Below the pieces are notes generated by a model that searched no databases, had not been told where the DNA came from, and saw only the letters and a program-made list of their open reading frames with translations. DNA of 62,984 nucleotides, counting the filler. It is 5 parts of 5 records of this genome, joined end to end, with 100 filler letters (N's around TTAATTAATTAA, not from the genome) between each part and the next. Parts side by side here need not be neighbours in the genome. Positions count along the whole stretch, not along the records: positions 1 to 22,063 come from SRR31156797_9758; 4 more parts are not named here. One strand, written 5' to 3'. Made by a program: the position numbers and the translations under genes. How positions within the stretch are numbered: position 1 is the stretch's first letter; every line of letters begins with the position of its first letter. This document shows positions 1 to 13,073 of this stretch, piece by piece.

Positions 1-81
1 AATGAACAGAAACTTATGTAGATTGGTATAAGTGTCCGGTCGAGCTCGGACACCTTGATATGACGACACTGAGAGGCTAAT

Positions 82-1188
82 TTGAGCAATAAAATTGTTA
101 CCCTAGAGATCAATCTCGAACCTTCTGACAACCGCCGACTATCCAGTTTATGCGGCCCTTTCGATGACAATATCAAGCATTTAGAACGCCGACTCGGTGT
201 TGAAATTAACCACCGTAGCCAGTTCTTTACCATTGTCGGTAAACCCCATACAGCGGCTGCCGCATTAGATGTCATCAAATCACTTTATGTTGATACAGCA
301 CCGGTTCGTGGTGATATTCCTGACATCGAGCCAGAACAAATCCACTTGGCTATCAAAGAGTCTGGCGTTTTAGAACAAACAACGGAAGTTGCTGAAGAGT
401 TTGCTCACGGCAAAGAAGTTTTCGTTAAGACTAAGAAAGGCATCATTAAGCCACGTACACCGAATCAGGCTCAGTATCTGATGAACATGGCTACCCATGA
501 TATTACTTTCGGTATTGGCCCTGCTGGTACAGGTAAAACTTACCTTGCGGTAGCTGCGGCCGTCGATGCACTAGAGCGTCAGGAAATCAGACGAATTCTA
601 TTGACTCGTCCTGCGGTTGAAGCGGGTGAGAAACTCGGTTTCTTGCCTGGCGATCTGAGCCAGAAAGTCGACCCTTACTTGCGCCCTCTTTATGATGCTC
701 TTTTCGAAATGCTGGGTTTTGAGCGCGTTGAAAAACTGATCGAACGTAATGTTATCGAAGTTGCCCCACTGGCTTACATGCGTGGTCGTACGCTAAACGA
801 TGCATTTATCATCCTGGATGAAAGTCAGAACACCACAGTAGAACAGATGAAAATGTTCCTGACACGTATCGGTTTTAACTCTCGCGCAGTCATTACGGGT
901 GACGTCACGCAGATTGACTTACCTCGTGGTGCTCGCTCTGGCCTTCGCCATGCGGTAGAAGTGCTAAGCGAAGTTGATGAAATCAGCTTTAACTTCTTCC
1001 TTGCCGATGACGTTGTTCGTCACCCTGTTGTTGCTCGTATCGTCAATGCGTACGAAAAATGGGAAGCTCAGGATCAGAAAGAGCGTAAAGAGTACGAAAA
1101 ACGTAAAAGAGAAGAGCATGAAGCGAAGCTTCTTGATATACAGAAAGCTGAAATAGCTGCATCCGTGAAAGAGTCAGACCAATCATGA
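82..1188 (+). CDS. ybeZ: PhoH-like ATPase YbeZ
   Basis: Walker [33 protein letters not shown] start after GAGAGG; overlaps ybeY start. Confidence 0.95.
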   Translation: MSNKIVTLEINLEPSDNRRLSSLCGPFDDNIKHLERRLGVEINHRSQFFTIVGKPHTAAAALDVIKSLYVDTAPVRGDIPDIEPEQIHLAIKESGVLEQTTEVAEEFAHGKEVFVKTKKGIIKPRTPNQAQYLMNMATHDITFGIGPAGTGKTYLAVAAAVDALERQEIRRILLTRPAVEAGEKLGFLPGDLSQKVDPYLRPLYDALFEMLGFERVEKLIERNVIEVAPLAYMRGRTLNDAFIILDESQNTTVEQMKMFLTRIGFNSRAVITGDVTQIDLPRGARSGLRHAVEVLSEVDEISFNFFLADDVVRHPVVARIVNAYEKWEAQDQKERKEYEKRKREEHEAKLLDIQKAEIAASVKESDQS

Positions 1189-1649
1189 GCATTGAACTCG
1201 ATTTGCAACTCGCTGTTGAAAGCGAAACCGGACTTCCAACTGTAGAGGAGTTTTCGACTTGGTTGGAAGCTGCTGTTACGCCATTTCAAGCTCAGGCAGA
1301 GGTGACGATTCGCATTGTTGATACAGCAGAAAGCCACCAGCTTAACTTAGAATACCGAGGTAAAGATAAGCCAACGAATGTGTTGTCTTTTCCATTTGAA
1401 GCGCCACCCGGAATAGAGTTAGATCTGCTGGGAGATTTGATCATTTGTCGCCAAGTGGTTGAGCAAGAAGCGGTAGAACAGAATAAACCGCTGAAAGCAC
1501 ACTGGGCTCATATGGTTGTACATGGTAGTCTTCATCTGTTAGGTTATGACCATATCGAAGATGACGAAGCCGAAGAGATGGAGTCACTCGAAACAGAACT
1601 GATGCAAAAATTGGGCTTTGAAGATCCTTATTTAGCAGAAAAAGCGTAA
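1185..1649 (+). CDS. ybeY: rRNA maturation endoribonuclease YbeY
   Basis: [10 protein letters not shown] and [11 protein letters not shown] zinc motif. Confidence 0.97.
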   Translation: MSIELDLQLAVESETGLPTVEEFSTWLEAAVTPFQAQAEVTIRIVDTAESHQLNLEYRGKDKPTNVLSFPFEAPPGIELDLLGDLIICRQVVEQEAVEQNKPLKAHWAHMVVHGSLHLLGYDHIEDDEAEEMESLETELMQKLGFEDPYLAEKA

Positions 1650-1677
1650 ATATAAGGTCGATTCGACCTTATATTTA
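1647..1677. terminator. Perfect 15-bp inverted repeat after ybeY (hairpin or terminator)
   Basis: TAAATATAAGGTCGA-T-TCGACCTTATATTTA. Confidence 0.55.
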
Positions 1678-1723
1678 TTTGTGAGCTATCACACATCTGA
1701 TAGCGCGAATAATTAGAGAAATA

Positions 1724-2623
1724 ATGAACGAAGACAATTCGCCCCCTTCTTCAGAAGGAAAAAAGGAAAAGTCTGAAGGTCCGAGTAGGAAGTCCTTTTT
1801 TGAACGCCTAAGTCAAATGTTTCAAGGTGAACCCAAAGATCGCCAAGAGTTAGTCGATGTAATACGCGACTCAGAAATCAATGACTTAATTGACCATGAC
1901 ACCAGAGATATGCTCGAAGGTGTTATGGAAATTTCAGAGATGCGAGTTAGAGATATAATGCTCCCTCGTTCTCAAATGGTCACAATTGAACGTACCGACG
2001 ATCTTGATACGTTAATTGCACTGATCACAGATGCACAGCACTCTCGCTACCCTGTCATCAGTGAAGATAAAGACCATGTTGAAGGTATTCTACTTGCGAA
2101 GGACTTACTCAAGTATTTAGGTTCAAACAGTTCACCATTTGATATCGAAGAAGTGATCCGCCAAGCGGTCGTGGTCCCGGAAAGTAAGCGTGTAGATCGC
2201 TTATTGAAAGAGTTCCGCGAAGAGCGATATCACATGGCAATTGTTGTTGACGAGTTTGGTGGTGTTTCCGGTCTGGTTACCATTGAAGATATTCTTGAAG
2301 AAATCGTCGGTGAAATCGAAGATGAATTTGATGACGACGAACAAGTAGAGATCCGCAAACTCAGCAAACACACATACGCAGTTAAAGCTCTCACCACAAT
2401 AGACGATTTTAACGAAACGTTTAAAACACAGTTTAGTGATGACGAAGTAGATACCGTCGGTGGACTGGTAATGACAGCGTTCGGCCACTTACCAACTCGA
2501 GGTGAAGTGGTTGAAATCGGCAACTACAGCTTTAAAGTCACTGCTGCAGATAGCCGTCGAGTGATTCAAATTCAGGTGACCATCCCTGACATGGAAACTC
2601 TTCCTGAAATTACCGAAGAGTAA
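1724..2623 (+). CDS. corC: CBS-domain Mg/Co transport protein CorC (YbeX)
   Basis: [35 protein letters not shown]-terminal CorC_HlyC domain; synteny. Confidence 0.95.
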   Translation: MNEDNSPPSSEGKKEKSEGPSRKSFFERLSQMFQGEPKDRQELVDVIRDSEINDLIDHDTRDMLEGVMEISEMRVRDIMLPRSQMVTIERTDDLDTLIALITDAQHSRYPVISEDKDHVEGILLAKDLLKYLGSNSSPFDIEEVIRQAVVVPESKRVDRLLKEFREERYHMAIVVDEFGGVSGLVTIEDILEEIVGEIEDEFDDDEQVEIRKLSKHTYAVKALTTIDDFNETFKTQFSDDEVDTVGGLVMTAFGHLPTRGEVVEIGNYSFKVTAADSRRVIQIQVTIPDMETLPEITEE

Positions 2624-2668
2624 CAGTTAGCGTCTCTTCTCTAATAAAAGCACTTAGAACAGTTGCAG

Positions 2669-4183
2669 ATGAATAAAAAACTTACTCATCGCCTAATGCG
2701 GCCGCTTGCGGCCGCTTTTGTTGGCGCGCTTACAACCCTATCTTTCGCCCCATACCAGATTTGGCCGATTGCCATACTTAGCCCTGCAATTCTATTGCTG
2801 TTGATTCACAATCAAACACCTAAAAAATCCGCCCTAATAAGCTATTTTTGGGGATTGGGTCAGTTTGCTGTCGGCATCAGTTGGGTTCACATCAGTATCG
2901 ATACGTTTGGCGGTATGCCCAAGATAGCCAGTGTTTTTTTAATGGTTCTGCTTGTCAGCTACCTTGCCGTTTACGCAGGACTGTTTGGCTGGATCATCAA
3001 TCGCTACTTCAATAAGCCAAGCAGGACTCGCTTACTTTTAATTGCACCAGCTCTTTGGCTAGTCTGTGACTGGTTACGTGGTTGGGTTATGACAGGGTTC
3101 CCATGGCTATGGCTAGGTTACAGTCAAATCGACAGCCCGATCGCTAACTTCGCCCCTCTTGGTGGTGTAGAGCTACTTACATTACTAGTAATGGTTTGTG
3201 CCGGTTCCTTAGCTTATTTGTGGCTTAATAAATCCTGGTCGACTCTTGTAATACCTGCGGTTATTCTTGCTACTGGTTACGGATTAAATTCAGCTCAGTG
3301 GGTAACGCCTCAACCTGAACAATCAAAAAAAGTTGCTTTGATTCAAGGTAATATCGATCAAGCTCTTAAATGGGTTCCGAGTCAGCGTTGGCCAACCATC
3401 ATGAAATATACTGATCTGACCCGAGAAAACTGGGATGCCGATATCATCATCTGGCCAGAAGCTGCAGTGCCGGCTTTTGAGTTCGAGATCCCCTCTTATC
3501 TGAGAAATCTTAATGCCGCCGCTAAAATGAACAACAGTACGATTTTGCTCGGCATTCTTAACCAAAATAAAGAGAAGCAATTTTTTAATAGCATCTTGGC
3601 GCTAGGTGATAACGAACGCGGTGAATATCAATACGAAACGGCTCAGCGTTATCATAAATATCACCTGCTGCCATTTGGTGAGTTTGTCCCGTTTGAAGAC
3701 ATATTGAGACCTCTGGCCCCTTTTTTCAACTTACCCATGTCATCATTTAGCCGCGGTGATTACATTCAATCCAATCTCACGGTCAATGGGGCAAGCTTTG
3801 TCTCGGCACTCTGCTATGAGATTATTTTTAACGAACAAGTTCGCGCCAACATTGATGATGAGACAGACTTTATTCTAACTCTGTCCAATGACGCATGGTT
3901 TGGACATTCTATTGGCCCGCTGCAACATATGGAAATTGCGCGTATGCGAGCCCTAGAAGCAGGTAAACCCCTGATTCGTTCAACCAATAATGGGGTTACG
4001 GCTGTGACCGACTATAAAGGCACAGTGATAAAAGAAATCCCACAATTTGAAACAGGTGTGTTACGAGCAGAAGTCGTTCCCACCTTAGGACAAACGCCCT
4101 ACCACCAATTTGGAAGCTGGCCGCTTTATATCTGGCTAACCATCTGTCTTGCTTTTGGTTTAATTACCCAAAGAAAGCAATAA
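2669..4183 (+). CDS. lnt: Apolipoprotein N-acyltransferase
   Basis: [39 protein letters not shown]; start may be TTG at 2663. Confidence 0.96.
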   Translation: MNKKLTHRLMRPLAAAFVGALTTLSFAPYQIWPIAILSPAILLLLIHNQTPKKSALISYFWGLGQFAVGISWVHISIDTFGGMPKIASVFLMVLLVSYLAVYAGLFGWIINRYFNKPSRTRLLLIAPALWLVCDWLRGWVMTGFPWLWLGYSQIDSPIANFAPLGGVELLTLLVMVCAGSLAYLWLNKSWSTLVIPAVILATGYGLNSAQWVTPQPEQSKKVALIQGNIDQALKWVPSQRWPTIMKYTDLTRENWDADIIIWPEAAVPAFEFEIPSYLRNLNAAAKMNNSTILLGILNQNKEKQFFNSILALGDNERGEYQYETAQRYHKYHLLPFGEFVPFEDILRPLAPFFNLPMSSFSRGDYIQSNLTVNGASFVSALCYEIIFNEQVRANIDDETDFILTLSNDAWFGHSIGPLQHMEIARMRALEAGKPLIRSTNNGVTAVTDYKGTVIKEIPQFETGVLRAEVVPTLGQTPYHQFGSWPLYIWLTICLAFGLITQRKQ

Positions 4184-4203
4184 AACGACCAGAGACTCAA
4201 TCT

Positions 4204-4225
4204 AAGGAGCCAATTTCGGCTCCTT
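4204..4225. terminator. Hairpin between convergent lnt and ybeL
   Basis: AAGGAGCC-aatttc-GGCTCCTT. Confidence 0.65.
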
Positions 4226-4235
4226 TATCTTGCCT

Positions 4236-4706
4236 CTATGGCTTAAGTGGAATGCGTCCAAACACTTTGTTGCCACAGTGGGTACAAGGAGTAATCTCTG
4301 ATGGATGGTTATACTCCACCTTATGACCACAGCTTTCACACACCAAAACGCCCAAACCGATCATATCGCCAGCGTGGTACAAACCTTGATGTTCCAGATC
4401 TTGAAACAACTCAACCCATTCCACTTTAGTTCTGTCGGTAATTTCTAGCAATCCTTGCCAAATCGAGTCAGCTACCATCAAATAAAACGGGCCACTTTTA
4501 CTCTCTTCATAACTTTCAGCGAATTCCTTCAAATCTGACTTAACATATTCAGAAATAAGGGATAATTCATCTTTTGTTAAATCATTAGCTGCACTCACTA
4601 CTTTCCCGGATGTATCCAAAATATGGTTAACTTCTTCAGGGCTGTGCTTAAGCGTTTCCACGACATCTTTAAGTAAAGCTTCGTAACCTGATTTTTGTTT
4701 TGGCAT
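4236..4706 (-). CDS. ybeL: Zinc-ribbon protein, YbeL/DUF1451 family
   Basis: ITDRTKVEW, C-terminal CESCG...CTHCG; divergent from leuS as in other gammaproteobacteria. Confidence 0.85.
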   Translation of the reverse strand: MPKQKSGYEALLKDVVETLKHSPEEVNHILDTSGKVVSAANDLTKDELSLISEYVKSDLKEFAESYEESKSGPFYLMVADSIWQGLLEITDRTKVEWVELFQDLEHQGLYHAGDMIGLGVLVCESCGHKVEYNHPSEITPCTHCGNKVFGRIPLKP

Positions 4707-4828
4707 AAGACCTCTCTTTCAAATCGGATTGGCTATTGTTGTGATGTGCTCCTTTAGGTATTCTATGTCGATCTATAAGAGTCTGTTCAAACTGAACTCA
4801 CAAATTCCAAGAGAACCGGATATCATCG

Positions 4829-7402
4829 ATGCAAGAGCAATACAACCCGCAAGATATTGAACAAAAAGTTCAACAGCACTGGGATAACAACAAGACCTTC
4901 GTTGTAAGTGAAGACCCAAACAAAGAAAAATTCTACTGTCTTTCTATGTTCCCATACCCAAGTGGTCGACTGCATATGGGTCACGTACGTAACTACACTA
5001 TCGGTGATGTTGTTTCTCGCTTCCAACGCCTGCAAGGTAAAAATGTAATGCAACCAATCGGTTGGGATGCATTTGGCCTACCTGCAGAAAACGCAGCAGT
5101 GAAAAACAAAACTGCACCAGCACCTTGGACATACGAAAATATCGAATACATGAAAAACCAGTTAAAACTGCTAGGTTTTGGCTACGACTGGAATCGTGAG
5201 TTCGCAACATGTCGCCCAGAGTACTACCGTTGGGAACAAGAGTTTTTCACTAAGCTTTATGAAAAAGGCTTAGTTTACAAAAAAACGTCATCTGTAAACT
5301 GGTGTCCAAACGACCAAACTGTACTCGCAAACGAACAGGTTGAAGATGGTTGTTGCTGGCGTTGTGATACCCCTGTAGAACAAAAAGAGATTCCACAGTG
5401 GTTCATTAAGATCACAGCCTACGCTCAAGAGCTGTTAGACGATTTAGAAAACCTGGACGGCTGGCCTGAAATGGTAAAGACCATGCAGCGCAACTGGATC
5501 GGCCGTTCTGAAGGTGTTGAGCTTAAGTTTGAAGTTAAAGGTGAAGCTGACTTAGAAGTGTATACGACACGCCCTGACACTCTTATGGGTGTTACGTACG
5601 TCGGCATCGCAGCAGGCCATCCTTTGGCAACGAAAGCTGCTGAGAGCAACCCTGAACTGGCTGCTTTCATCGAAGAGTGTAAGAACACCAAAGTTGCTGA
5701 AGCAGAACTTGCGACTATGGAAAAGAAAGGCATGGCAACAGGCCTTACAGCAATTCACCCACTAAATGGCCGTGAAGTTCCTGTATACGTCGCTAACTTC
5801 GTATTGATGGATTACGGTACAGGTGCGGTAATGGCTGTTCCTGCTCACGATCAGCGTGATTACGAGTTTGCAACCAAGTACGGTCTGGATATCGTTCCTG
5901 TTATCAAACCAACTGACGGTAGCGAGCTTGATATTGCTGAAGCGGCTTACACTGAAAAAGGCGTTCTGTTTGATTCTGGTGAGTTTGACGGCCTTGATTT
6001 CCAAGCGGCATTCGATGCCATTTCTGCAAAACTAGAGGCAGAAGGCAAAGGCGTTAAGACAGTCAACTTCCGTCTTCGCGACTGGGGTGTATCACGTCAA
6101 CGTTACTGGGGTGCACCAATCCCAATGGTGACCACTGAAGATGGTGAAGTTCACCCAGTGCCAGCGGATCAACTTCCAGTGCTTCTTCCTGAAGATGTCA
6201 CTATGGATGGTGTAACGAGCCCAATCAAAGCAGACAAAGAGTGGGCGAAAACCACCTTTAACGGCGAACCAGCACTGCGTGAAACCGATACCTTCGATAC
6301 CTTCATGGAATCATCTTGGTACTATGCGCGTTACTGTTCACCGCAAGCTGACGACATCCTAGATCCTGAAAAAGCAAACTACTGGTTACCTGTAGACCAA
6401 TACATCGGTGGTATTGAACACGCGTGTATGCACCTGTTGTACTCTCGTTTCTTCCACAAACTACTTCGTGATGCAGGGTACGTAACTTCTGACGAACCGT
6501 TCAAGCAGCTACTATGTCAAGGCATGGTTCTGGCGGATGCTTTCTACTTCACCAATGAGAAAGGCACCAAAGAGTGGGTTGCACCAACGGACGTAAAAAT
6601 CGAGCGTGACGGTAAAGGTCACATCACATCAGCTGTCGATAATCAGGGCCGAAATGTTGAACACTCAGGCATGATCAAGATGTCTAAGTCAAAAAACAAC
6701 GGTATCGACCCTCAAGAGATGGTTGATAAATACGGTGCAGATACGGTACGTCTATTCATGATGTTCGCCTCTCCAGCTGATATGACGCTTGAGTGGCAAG
6801 AATCTGGTGTTGAAGGCGCTAACCGCTTCCTGAAACGTGTTTGGAAACTAACACGTGAGCACGCATCGAAAGGGGCTGCTGTAGCGGTTGATGCAAGCAC
6901 ACTAAGTTCAGATCAGAAAGCACTACGTCGTGATGTTCACAAAACGATCGCGAAAGTCACCGATGATATTGCGCGTCGCCAAACGTTCAATACCGCGATT
7001 GCAGCAATCATGGAACTGATGAACAAGCTGACAAAAGCACCACAAGAGTCAGAGCAAGATCGTGCTATTTTGGATGAAGCAGTAAAAGCCATTGCACTAA
7101 TGCTTTACCCTATTGCTCCGCACATCTGTTTTGAAATGTGGGATGCTCTGGGTCAATCAGACATCGACTCAGCATCTTGGCCAACATTTGATGAAGCCGC
7201 TCTGGTTGAAGATGAGAAGCTCATTGTTGTTCAGGTAAACGGTAAACTTCGTGGTAAGTTGACGGTTGCCGCTGATGCGACGAAAGAGCAAGTTGAAGAA
7301 CTTGGCTTAAATGATGAGAACGTGAAGAAATTCACAGATGGCTTAACCATTCGTAAAGTTATCTACGTTCCAGGTAAACTACTGAACATCGTGGCGAACT
7401 AA
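4829..7402 (+). CDS. leuS: Leucine--tRNA ligase
   Basis: HMGH and KMSKS class I motifs; MFPYPSG. Confidence 0.99.
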   Translation: MQEQYNPQDIEQKVQQHWDNNKTFVVSEDPNKEKFYCLSMFPYPSGRLHMGHVRNYTIGDVVSRFQRLQGKNVMQPIGWDAFGLPAENAAVKNKTAPAPWTYENIEYMKNQLKLLGFGYDWNREFATCRPEYYRWEQEFFTKLYEKGLVYKKTSSVNWCPNDQTVLANEQVEDGCCWRCDTPVEQKEIPQWFIKITAYAQELLDDLENLDGWPEMVKTMQRNWIGRSEGVELKFEVKGEADLEVYTTRPDTLMGVTYVGIAAGHPLATKAAESNPELAAFIEECKNTKVAEAELATMEKKGMATGLTAIHPLNGREVPVYVANFVLMDYGTGAVMAVPAHDQRDYEFATKYGLDIVPVIKPTDGSELDIAEAAYTEKGVLFDSGEFDGLDFQAAFDAISAKLEAEGKGVKTVNFRLRDWGVSRQRYWGAPIPMVTTEDGEVHPVPADQLPVLLPEDVTMDGVTSPIKADKEWAKTTFNGEPALRETDTFDTFMESSWYYARYCSPQADDILDPEKANYWLPVDQYIGGIEHACMHLLYSRFFHKLLRDAGYVTSDEPFKQLLCQGMVLADAFYFTNEKGTKEWVAPTDVKIERDGKGHITSAVDNQGRNVEHSGMIKMSKSKNNGIDPQEMVDKYGADTVRLFMMFASPADMTLEWQESGVEGANRFLKRVWKLTREHASKGAAVAVDASTLSSDQKALRRDVHKTIAKVTDDIARRQTFNTAIAAIMELMNKLTKAPQESEQDRAILDEAVKAIALMLYPIAPHICFEMWDALGQSDIDSASWPTFDEAALVEDEKLIVVQVNGKLRGKLTVAADATKEQVEELGLNDENVKKFTDGLTIRKVIYVPGKLLNIVAN

Positions 7403-7421
7403 TCACAACGTCTGTTGTCAT

Positions 7422-7486
7422 TAAACAGGGCCTCGTGCCCTGTTTACTTATGTTAGCGCTCCTTCTAGGTGCGCTAACATAAGTAA
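7422..7486 (+). terminator. Two tandem hairpins between leuS and lptE
   Basis: TAAACAGGGC/GCCCTGTTTA (7422-7446) and TTACTTATGTTAGCGC/GCGCTAACATAAGTAA (7444-7486). Confidence 0.55.
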
Positions 7487-7512
7487 TCCAATCTAACGAG
7501 AATAATTATCCC

Positions 7513-8172
7513 ATGCGTTTTACATGCTCTTCTTTACTCAAACTGTCACTGGTTTTTCTTTCCGCCACACTCATTAGTGCATGTGGCTTTCATTTGCGTG
7601 GTGACTACGACGTTCCAGAAGAACTGAGCAAACTCTCGCTTACCAGTTATGATCGATACAGTACTTTTACTCGTATGGTCACACGTCAATTACGCATGAA
7701 CGAAATCGAAATCGTATCACCGGCTGAAGATATCCCTAACATTCATCTAATCAGTGAAGGTACCAGCGAACGTACGTTATCACTGTACCAAACCACTCGC
7801 GCAGCAGAGATTGAACTGACCTTTATTGCTAGCTACCGAGTCACGGTTCCGGATTTAGGTACAAAAACCTTCTCTACTAGCGTTACGCGCAGCTATCTTG
7901 ACAACCCACTAACTGCGCTGGCTAAATCAGTAGAACGGGACATGATTGAAGACGAAATGCGCAAGCTGGCGACAACTCAAATTGTTCGTCAGATGGGACG
8001 CCTCAAAGCTGATTTTGAATCAGGCACTATGGAATTAGATACCAATACAGAGCAACGTGAAACCACGGATTCCGTCACAGAAACCAATACTCTGTACCAA
8101 CTAGATACCATCGAAACGCATATGGAGCCGTCTGCTCAACCTCAAGAACAAGCTCAATCAGAAACCGAGTAA
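7513..8172 (+). CDS. lptE: LPS assembly lipoprotein LptE
   Basis: Lipobox ISAC followed by GFHLRG; between leuS and holA. Confidence 0.93.
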   Translation: MRFTCSSLLKLSLVFLSATLISACGFHLRGDYDVPEELSKLSLTSYDRYSTFTRMVTRQLRMNEIEIVSPAEDIPNIHLISEGTSERTLSLYQTTRAAEIELTFIASYRVTVPDLGTKTFSTSVTRSYLDNPLTALAKSVERDMIEDEMRKLATTQIVRQMGRLKADFESGTMELDTNTEQRETTDSVTETNTLYQLDTIETHMEPSAQPQEQAQSETE

Positions 8173-8180
8173 TTATCGTT

Positions 8181-9206
8181 ATGAGAGTCTACGCCGATAA
8201 GCTTGCGGACAATTTGCAAAGATCGTTGCTGCCGGTTTACCTCATCTTCGGTAGCGAACCGCTACTGATTCAAGAGTCAACGAAGGCTGTTGAGCAAAAA
8301 GCCCGTGAGCAAGGTTTTGAAGAAAAGCATCGCTTTACGGTGGATAACAGCCTGGATTGGAATGAAGTCTACGATTGTTGCCAATCGTTGAGTCTATTTA
8401 GTAGCCGTCAAATCATTGAGCTAGAGATTTCTGAATCCGGGCTAAATGCAGCACTTTCAAAATCATTAGCGACCGTCGCACAATATCTTAATCCTGATAT
8501 TGTGCTGGTTGTAATAGGTAGCAAATTAACCAAAGCTCAAGAAAATACGGCTTGGTTTAAAGCATTGATGGAAAATGGCTGCCTAGTCAACTGCTTAACT
8601 CCCGACATCAATCGATTACCGCAATTTGTGATGTCCCGCTGTCGTCAGCTTGGGTTAACGCCCGACGCAGAAGCGGTTCAGATGCTGGCTCAATGGCATG
8701 AAGGAAACTTGTTTGCCCTGATGCAAAGCTTAGAAAAGCTTGCGCTCAATTATCCTGATGGTCAGTTGACCTTAGTTCGACTTCAAGAATCTTTGGATCG
8801 ACATAACCACTATACGCCATTTCACTGGGTTGACGCTCTGCTAGAAGGCAAAGGTAATCGAGCACAACGAATTTTGCGTCAGTTAGAAGCAGAAGGAACT
8901 GAACCAGTAATCCTAATGCGCACTGTGCAGAGAGAGTTATTCCAGCTGCTGCAAATGCGCCAGGAACTCAACGCCACCTCATTGGCTGCAATATTCGATA
9001 AACATCGAGTTTGGCAAAATAAGCGTCCCTTATACTCTGCGGCATTGCAACGTCTTTCAGTGAGCAAATTACAGCACTTAATCAAGTTACTTGCCCAAAC
9101 GGAAGTGTTAGCTAAAACTCAATATGAGCAGCCTTGTTGGCCACTCCTTCATCAATTGAGCATTGAATGCACCGTTCCACAGGTAAACATCCCTTTGCCG
9201 GTTTAA
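8181..9206 (+). CDS. holA: DNA polymerase III delta subunit
   Basis: VYLIFGSEPLLIQE, SLSLFSSRQ, EGNLFAL; synteny. Confidence 0.95.
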   Translation: MRVYADKLADNLQRSLLPVYLIFGSEPLLIQESTKAVEQKAREQGFEEKHRFTVDNSLDWNEVYDCCQSLSLFSSRQIIELEISESGLNAALSKSLATVAQYLNPDIVLVVIGSKLTKAQENTAWFKALMENGCLVNCLTPDINRLPQFVMSRCRQLGLTPDAEAVQMLAQWHEGNLFALMQSLEKLALNYPDGQLTLVRLQESLDRHNHYTPFHWVDALLEGKGNRAQRILRQLEAEGTEPVILMRTVQRELFQLLQMRQELNATSLAAIFDKHRVWQNKRPLYSAALQRLSVSKLQHLIKLLAQTEVLAKTQYEQPCWPLLHQLSIECTVPQVNIPLPV

Positions 9207-9210
9207 ACAG

Positions 9211-9219
9211 TGTTATACT
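9211..9219 (+). promoter_or_regulatory. Candidate extended -10 sigma70 promoter for rsfS-rlmH-mrdA-rodA
   Basis: TGtTATACT in the holA-rsfS gap. Confidence 0.5.
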
Positions 9220-9271
9220 GCGCAGTTGATTAGTAAGCATTTTATAAAGAACATTTCAGAGGATTCACCCC

Positions 9272-9589
9272 TTGCAACGCGAAGAATTAAACCATTTTCT
9301 TGCAGACAAAGTTGACGATATGAAAGCCGTCGACATTATCACTTTAGATGTACAAGGTAAGTCAAGCGTCACAGACTACATGATTGTTTGTACTGGCACG
9401 TCGAAAAGACATGTCGCATCCATTGCCGATCATGTTGCATCAGAAGCAAAAAAACTGGGTGTTGAGCCGTTAGGTATGGACGGTGAGAACGAAGGTGAAT
9501 GGGTCGTGGTCGATATGGGTACCACCATGCTGCACGTCATGCAGGAAGAACAACGCGAACTTTACCAACTCGAAAAGCTCTGGAGTTAA
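9272..9589 (+). CDS. rsfS: Ribosomal silencing factor RsfS
   Basis: DDMKA, GTSKRHV, WVVVD, YQLEKLW. Confidence 0.96.
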   Translation: MQREELNHFLADKVDDMKAVDIITLDVQGKSSVTDYMIVCTGTSKRHVASIADHVASEAKKLGVEPLGMDGENEGEWVVVDMGTTMLHVMQEEQRELYQLEKLWS

Positions 9590-9591
9590 TG

Positions 9592-10062
9592 GTGAAGATT
9601 CAGCTGATTGCCGTTGGCACCAAAATGCCTAAATGGGTTGAAGAAGGTTTTCAAGAATATCGCCGACGCTTCCCTCACGATATGCCGCTTGAGTTGATTG
9701 AAATTCCAGCTGGTAAACGAGGCAAGAATGCTGATATTGCAAGAATACTGCAAAAAGAAGGCGAAGCGATGCTCGCCGCGGTGCCAAGAGGCAATAGAAT
9801 TGTTACTCTCGACATTCCTGGTAAACGCTGGGATACAGAGCAATTAGCCGGGCAATTAGAAAGCTGGAAACTCGATGCTCGTGACGTTTCGATTTTAATT
9901 GGTGGCCCTGAAGGCTTGGCACCAGCCTGTAAAGCGGCGGCTGAACAAAGCTGGTCATTGTCACCGCTAACATTGCCGCACCCATTGGTTCGCGTTGTCA
10001 TGGCTGAAAGCTTATATCGAGCGTGGAGCATCACCACCAATCATCCATACCACCGAGAATAG
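9592..10062 (+). CDS. rlmH: 23S rRNA pseudouridine-1915 N3-methyltransferase RlmH
   Basis: [32 protein letters not shown]; real start is GTG 9592 or ATG 9589, not 9499. Confidence 0.96.
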   Translation: MKIQLIAVGTKMPKWVEEGFQEYRRRFPHDMPLELIEIPAGKRGKNADIARILQKEGEAMLAAVPRGNRIVTLDIPGKRWDTEQLAGQLESWKLDARDVSILIGGPEGLAPACKAAAEQSWSLSPLTLPHPLVRVVMAESLYRAWSITTNHPYHRE

Positions 10063-10068
10063 GCATAG

Positions 10069-11952
10069 ATGTTACGAAAGAGTAACCCTTTTCGAGATTA
10101 CATCGCAGAAGCACGGCTGTTCAAAAGCCGTGCTGTCGTCTCTTTTATCGCCATCGTAATCATGATGGGGGTACTAATTGCGAACCTCTATAACATTCAA
10201 GTTAATCAATATCAGGATTATAAAACCCGCTCTAACGATAACCGCATCAAAGTTGTTCCTATCGCCCCCAACCGTGGTCTAATCTACGACAGAAACGGAT
10301 TATTGTTGGCGGAAAACCGTCCGGTTTTCAACTTAGAAATCACTCCTGAACAGGTCAAAGATATCGATGGGACTATCGAACGTCTGCAACAGTTCTTAGA
10401 AATCTCACCAGAAAGAATTGCTACGTTTGAAAAAGAGCGTCGCCACACTCGTCGCTTTAATTCAGTGCCTCTACTCACCCAGCTTAGTGAAGAACAGGTA
10501 GCAAAATTCTCAGTACAGCAGCATAAATTCCCAGGCGTCAGTGTCACCGCTAACTTAAAGCGTTACTACCCTTATGGTGAAGTGCTTACCCACGTTATTG
10601 GTTATGTATCACGAATTAACGACCGAGATATGGAGCGTTTAGAACGCGATGGCGAAGCGGCCAACTACCAAGCCACAAGAGATATTGGTAAGTTAGGTAT
10701 TGAACGTTTTTACGAAAGCATGTTACATGGTACTGCTGGTTATCAGGAAGTAGAAGTCAACAGCCGTGGTCGAGTCATTCGAACTCTAAAATACGTTCCT
10801 CCAATTCCAGGCAAAGATATTGTCCTCAATTTAGATATCAAACTTCAGCTTTACGTTCATAAGTTACTTGATGGACGAAGAGGCTCAGCGGTGGTGCTCG
10901 ATCCGAAAGATAATGGCGTTCTCGCGATGGTTTCTAGCCCGAGCTATGACCCGAATGCGTTTGTTCACGGCATTTCAAGCAAAGCCTACAATAGCCTTTT
11001 GAATGATAAAGACCGCCCACTGGTAAACCGAACCACGCTTGGTATTTATCCTCCAGGCTCGACGGTTAAACCTTTTATTGCCGTTTCTGCACTTGAAGAA
11101 GGCGTCGTTACCCCCAACACTACCCGCAATGACCCAGGCTACTGGAAAATCCCGAATTCCAGCACTCGTCCATTCCGCGATTGGCTTCGTTGGGGGCACG
11201 GTAAAGTTGATATTGTGAAGGCACTTGAAGAGTCAGTAGATACCTTCTTCTACCAAATCGCTTACGATATGGGTATCGACCGTATTTCATCTTGGATGAT
11301 GCGTTTCGGATTTGGTGACTACACAGGCATCGATATCTTTGAAGAAAGTAAGGCAAATATGCCGACTCGCGACTGGAAGATGGCTCGTCACCGCACTCCG
11401 TGGTATCAAGGTGATACTATTCCGGTTGGTATTGGCCAAGGTTATTGGACCTCAACACCGATGCAACTCGCCAAAGCAACTTCCGTACTGGTTCATCATG
11501 GTGAAGTGTGGGCGCCACACCTGCTTCGCTCGACCATTGATAATGGTGAAGAGTTTGTAAAGCAGAAGGAAGAAGAGTACGTCACTTATCCGCCAATTAC
11601 CGGAGTTCCTAAACGCTATTGGGATATGGCTATTCGAGGAATGTATCTGGTCAACCACGGCAAACGCGGTACAGCTCGACGTGCTTTCAACAACTTGAAA
11701 TACAAAAGTGCGGGTAAATCCGGTACGGCTCAGGTGTTTGGTCTTGCTGAAGGACAAGAGTACAACGCCGATGAACTCGCAGAGCACTTACGTGACCACG
11801 CACTGTTTACCGGTTTCGCCCCAGTGGATGATCCGCAAGCTATCGTAACCATTGTATTAGAAAACGCAGGTGGTGGCTCCACCAACGGTGCTCCGGTTGT
11901 AAGACGAATTTTCGACCACATCATCTTAGGGTCGGGAGAGGACAACGAATAA
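10069..11952 (+). CDS. mrdA: Penicillin-binding protein 2
   Basis: GSTVK, SVD and KSGTAQ transpeptidase motifs; N-terminal TM. Confidence 0.97.
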   Translation: MLRKSNPFRDYIAEARLFKSRAVVSFIAIVIMMGVLIANLYNIQVNQYQDYKTRSNDNRIKVVPIAPNRGLIYDRNGLLLAENRPVFNLEITPEQVKDIDGTIERLQQFLEISPERIATFEKERRHTRRFNSVPLLTQLSEEQVAKFSVQQHKFPGVSVTANLKRYYPYGEVLTHVIGYVSRINDRDMERLERDGEAANYQATRDIGKLGIERFYESMLHGTAGYQEVEVNSRGRVIRTLKYVPPIPGKDIVLNLDIKLQLYVHKLLDGRRGSAVVLDPKDNGVLAMVSSPSYDPNAFVHGISSKAYNSLLNDKDRPLVNRTTLGIYPPGSTVKPFIAVSALEEGVVTPNTTRNDPGYWKIPNSSTRPFRDWLRWGHGKVDIVKALEESVDTFFYQIAYDMGIDRISSWMMRFGFGDYTGIDIFEESKANMPTRDWKMARHRTPWYQGDTIPVGIGQGYWTSTPMQLAKATSVLVHHGEVWAPHLLRSTIDNGEEFVKQKEEEYVTYPPITGVPKRYWDMAIRGMYLVNHGKRGTARRAFNNLKYKSAGKSGTAQVFGLAEGQEYNADELAEHLRDHALFTGFAPVDDPQAIVTIVLENAGGGSTNGAPVVRRIFDHIILGSGEDNE

Positions 11953-13073
11953 TGAAAATGGATCCTTCAACGGGACAAAACAGAGCCTTATTTGAGCGTC
12001 TGCACATCGATTTACCTTTGTTGATCGGCATTTTACTGGTCATGGCGTTCAGCTTAATCGTTATGTACAGCGCCAGTGGTCAAAACCTTGCTATGATGGA
12101 TCGTCAGGCTATGCGTATGCTGCTTGCGCTAGGCGTGATGTTTGGTTTGGCACAATTGTCACCACGAACCTATGAAAGCCTCGCTCCATTCATGTTTTTC
12201 GTCGGTATTTTGCTGTTACTTGGCGTTTTATTTTTTGGTGAAGCCTCTAAAGGTGCTCAGCGCTGGCTTAACTTAGGCTTCGTTCGATTCCAACCTTCTG
12301 AACTGCTCAAACTGGCCGTACCGTTAATGGTGGCTCGCTATATTGGTAAAAGACCTTTGCCTTCAAACTTCCCTACTATACTGGTATCAATTGTTATGGT
12401 GATGGTTCCTACAATCCTCATCGCAAAGCAGCCAGATTTAGGAACCTCTATTCTTATCGCAGCCTCGGGTATTTTTGTTATTTTTCTTGCTGGGATCAGC
12501 TGGAAAATTATTATCGCGGCGGGCATTAGTTTAGGTGCATTTATTCCGGTTTTATGGTTCTTCCTGATGCGCGAATACCAAAAAGTTCGGGTAAGGACTC
12601 TATTCAACCCAGAGTCCGATCCATTAGGCGCGGGCTACCATATTATCCAAAGTAAGATCGCCATTGGTTCTGGCGGTATTTCAGGTAAAGGTTGGCTGCA
12701 TGGCACACAATCTCAACTAGAATTCTTACCAGAGCGACATACTGACTTTATCTTTGCAGTGATAGCCGAAGAATGGGGCATGATAGGCATCTTAGGGCTA
12801 TTATCTGTCTACCTTTTTATCATTGGACGAGGCCTCTATTTGGCGAGCAATGCGCAAACTGCATTCGGACGGATGATGGCCGGCAGTGTTGTACTAAGCT
12901 TCTTTGTTTACGTATTTGTGAATATCGGCATGGTTAGCGGCATCTTACCGGTAGTAGGTGTACCTCTTCCTCTAGTGAGCTACGGTGGTACTTCTATGGT
13001 TACGCTAATGGCTGGTTTTGGCATTCTTATGTCTATTCACACTCATAGAAAAGCATTTTCTAAGGCGACTTAA
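11952..13073 (+). CDS. rodA: Rod shape-determining protein RodA
   Basis: [30 protein letters not shown]. Confidence 0.97.
   Translation: MKMDPSTGQNRALFERLHIDLPLLIGILLVMAFSLIVMYSASGQNLAMMDRQAMRMLLALGVMFGLAQLSPRTYESLAPFMFFVGILLLLGVLFFGEASKGAQRWLNLGFVRFQPSELLKLAVPLMVARYIGKRPLPSNFPTILVSIVMVMVPTILIAKQPDLGTSILIAASGIFVIFLAGISWKIIIAAGISLGAFIPVLWFFLMREYQKVRVRTLFNPESDPLGAGYHIIQSKIAIGSGGISGKGWLHGTQSQLEFLPERHTDFIFAVIAEEWGMIGILGLLSVYLFIIGRGLYLASNAQTAFGRMMAGSVVLSFFVYVFVNIGMVSGILPVVGVPLPLVSYGGTSMVTLMAGFGILMSIHTHRKAFSKAT

Noticed and set aside
9206-9272. Absence of nadD/cobC between holA and rsfS
   Set aside because: Differs from E. coli but, as I recall, is the usual Vibrio arrangement.
9499-9588. N-terminal extension of RlmH in the ORF track
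   Set aside because: Overlaps rsfS in another frame; homology starts at KIQLIAVG.
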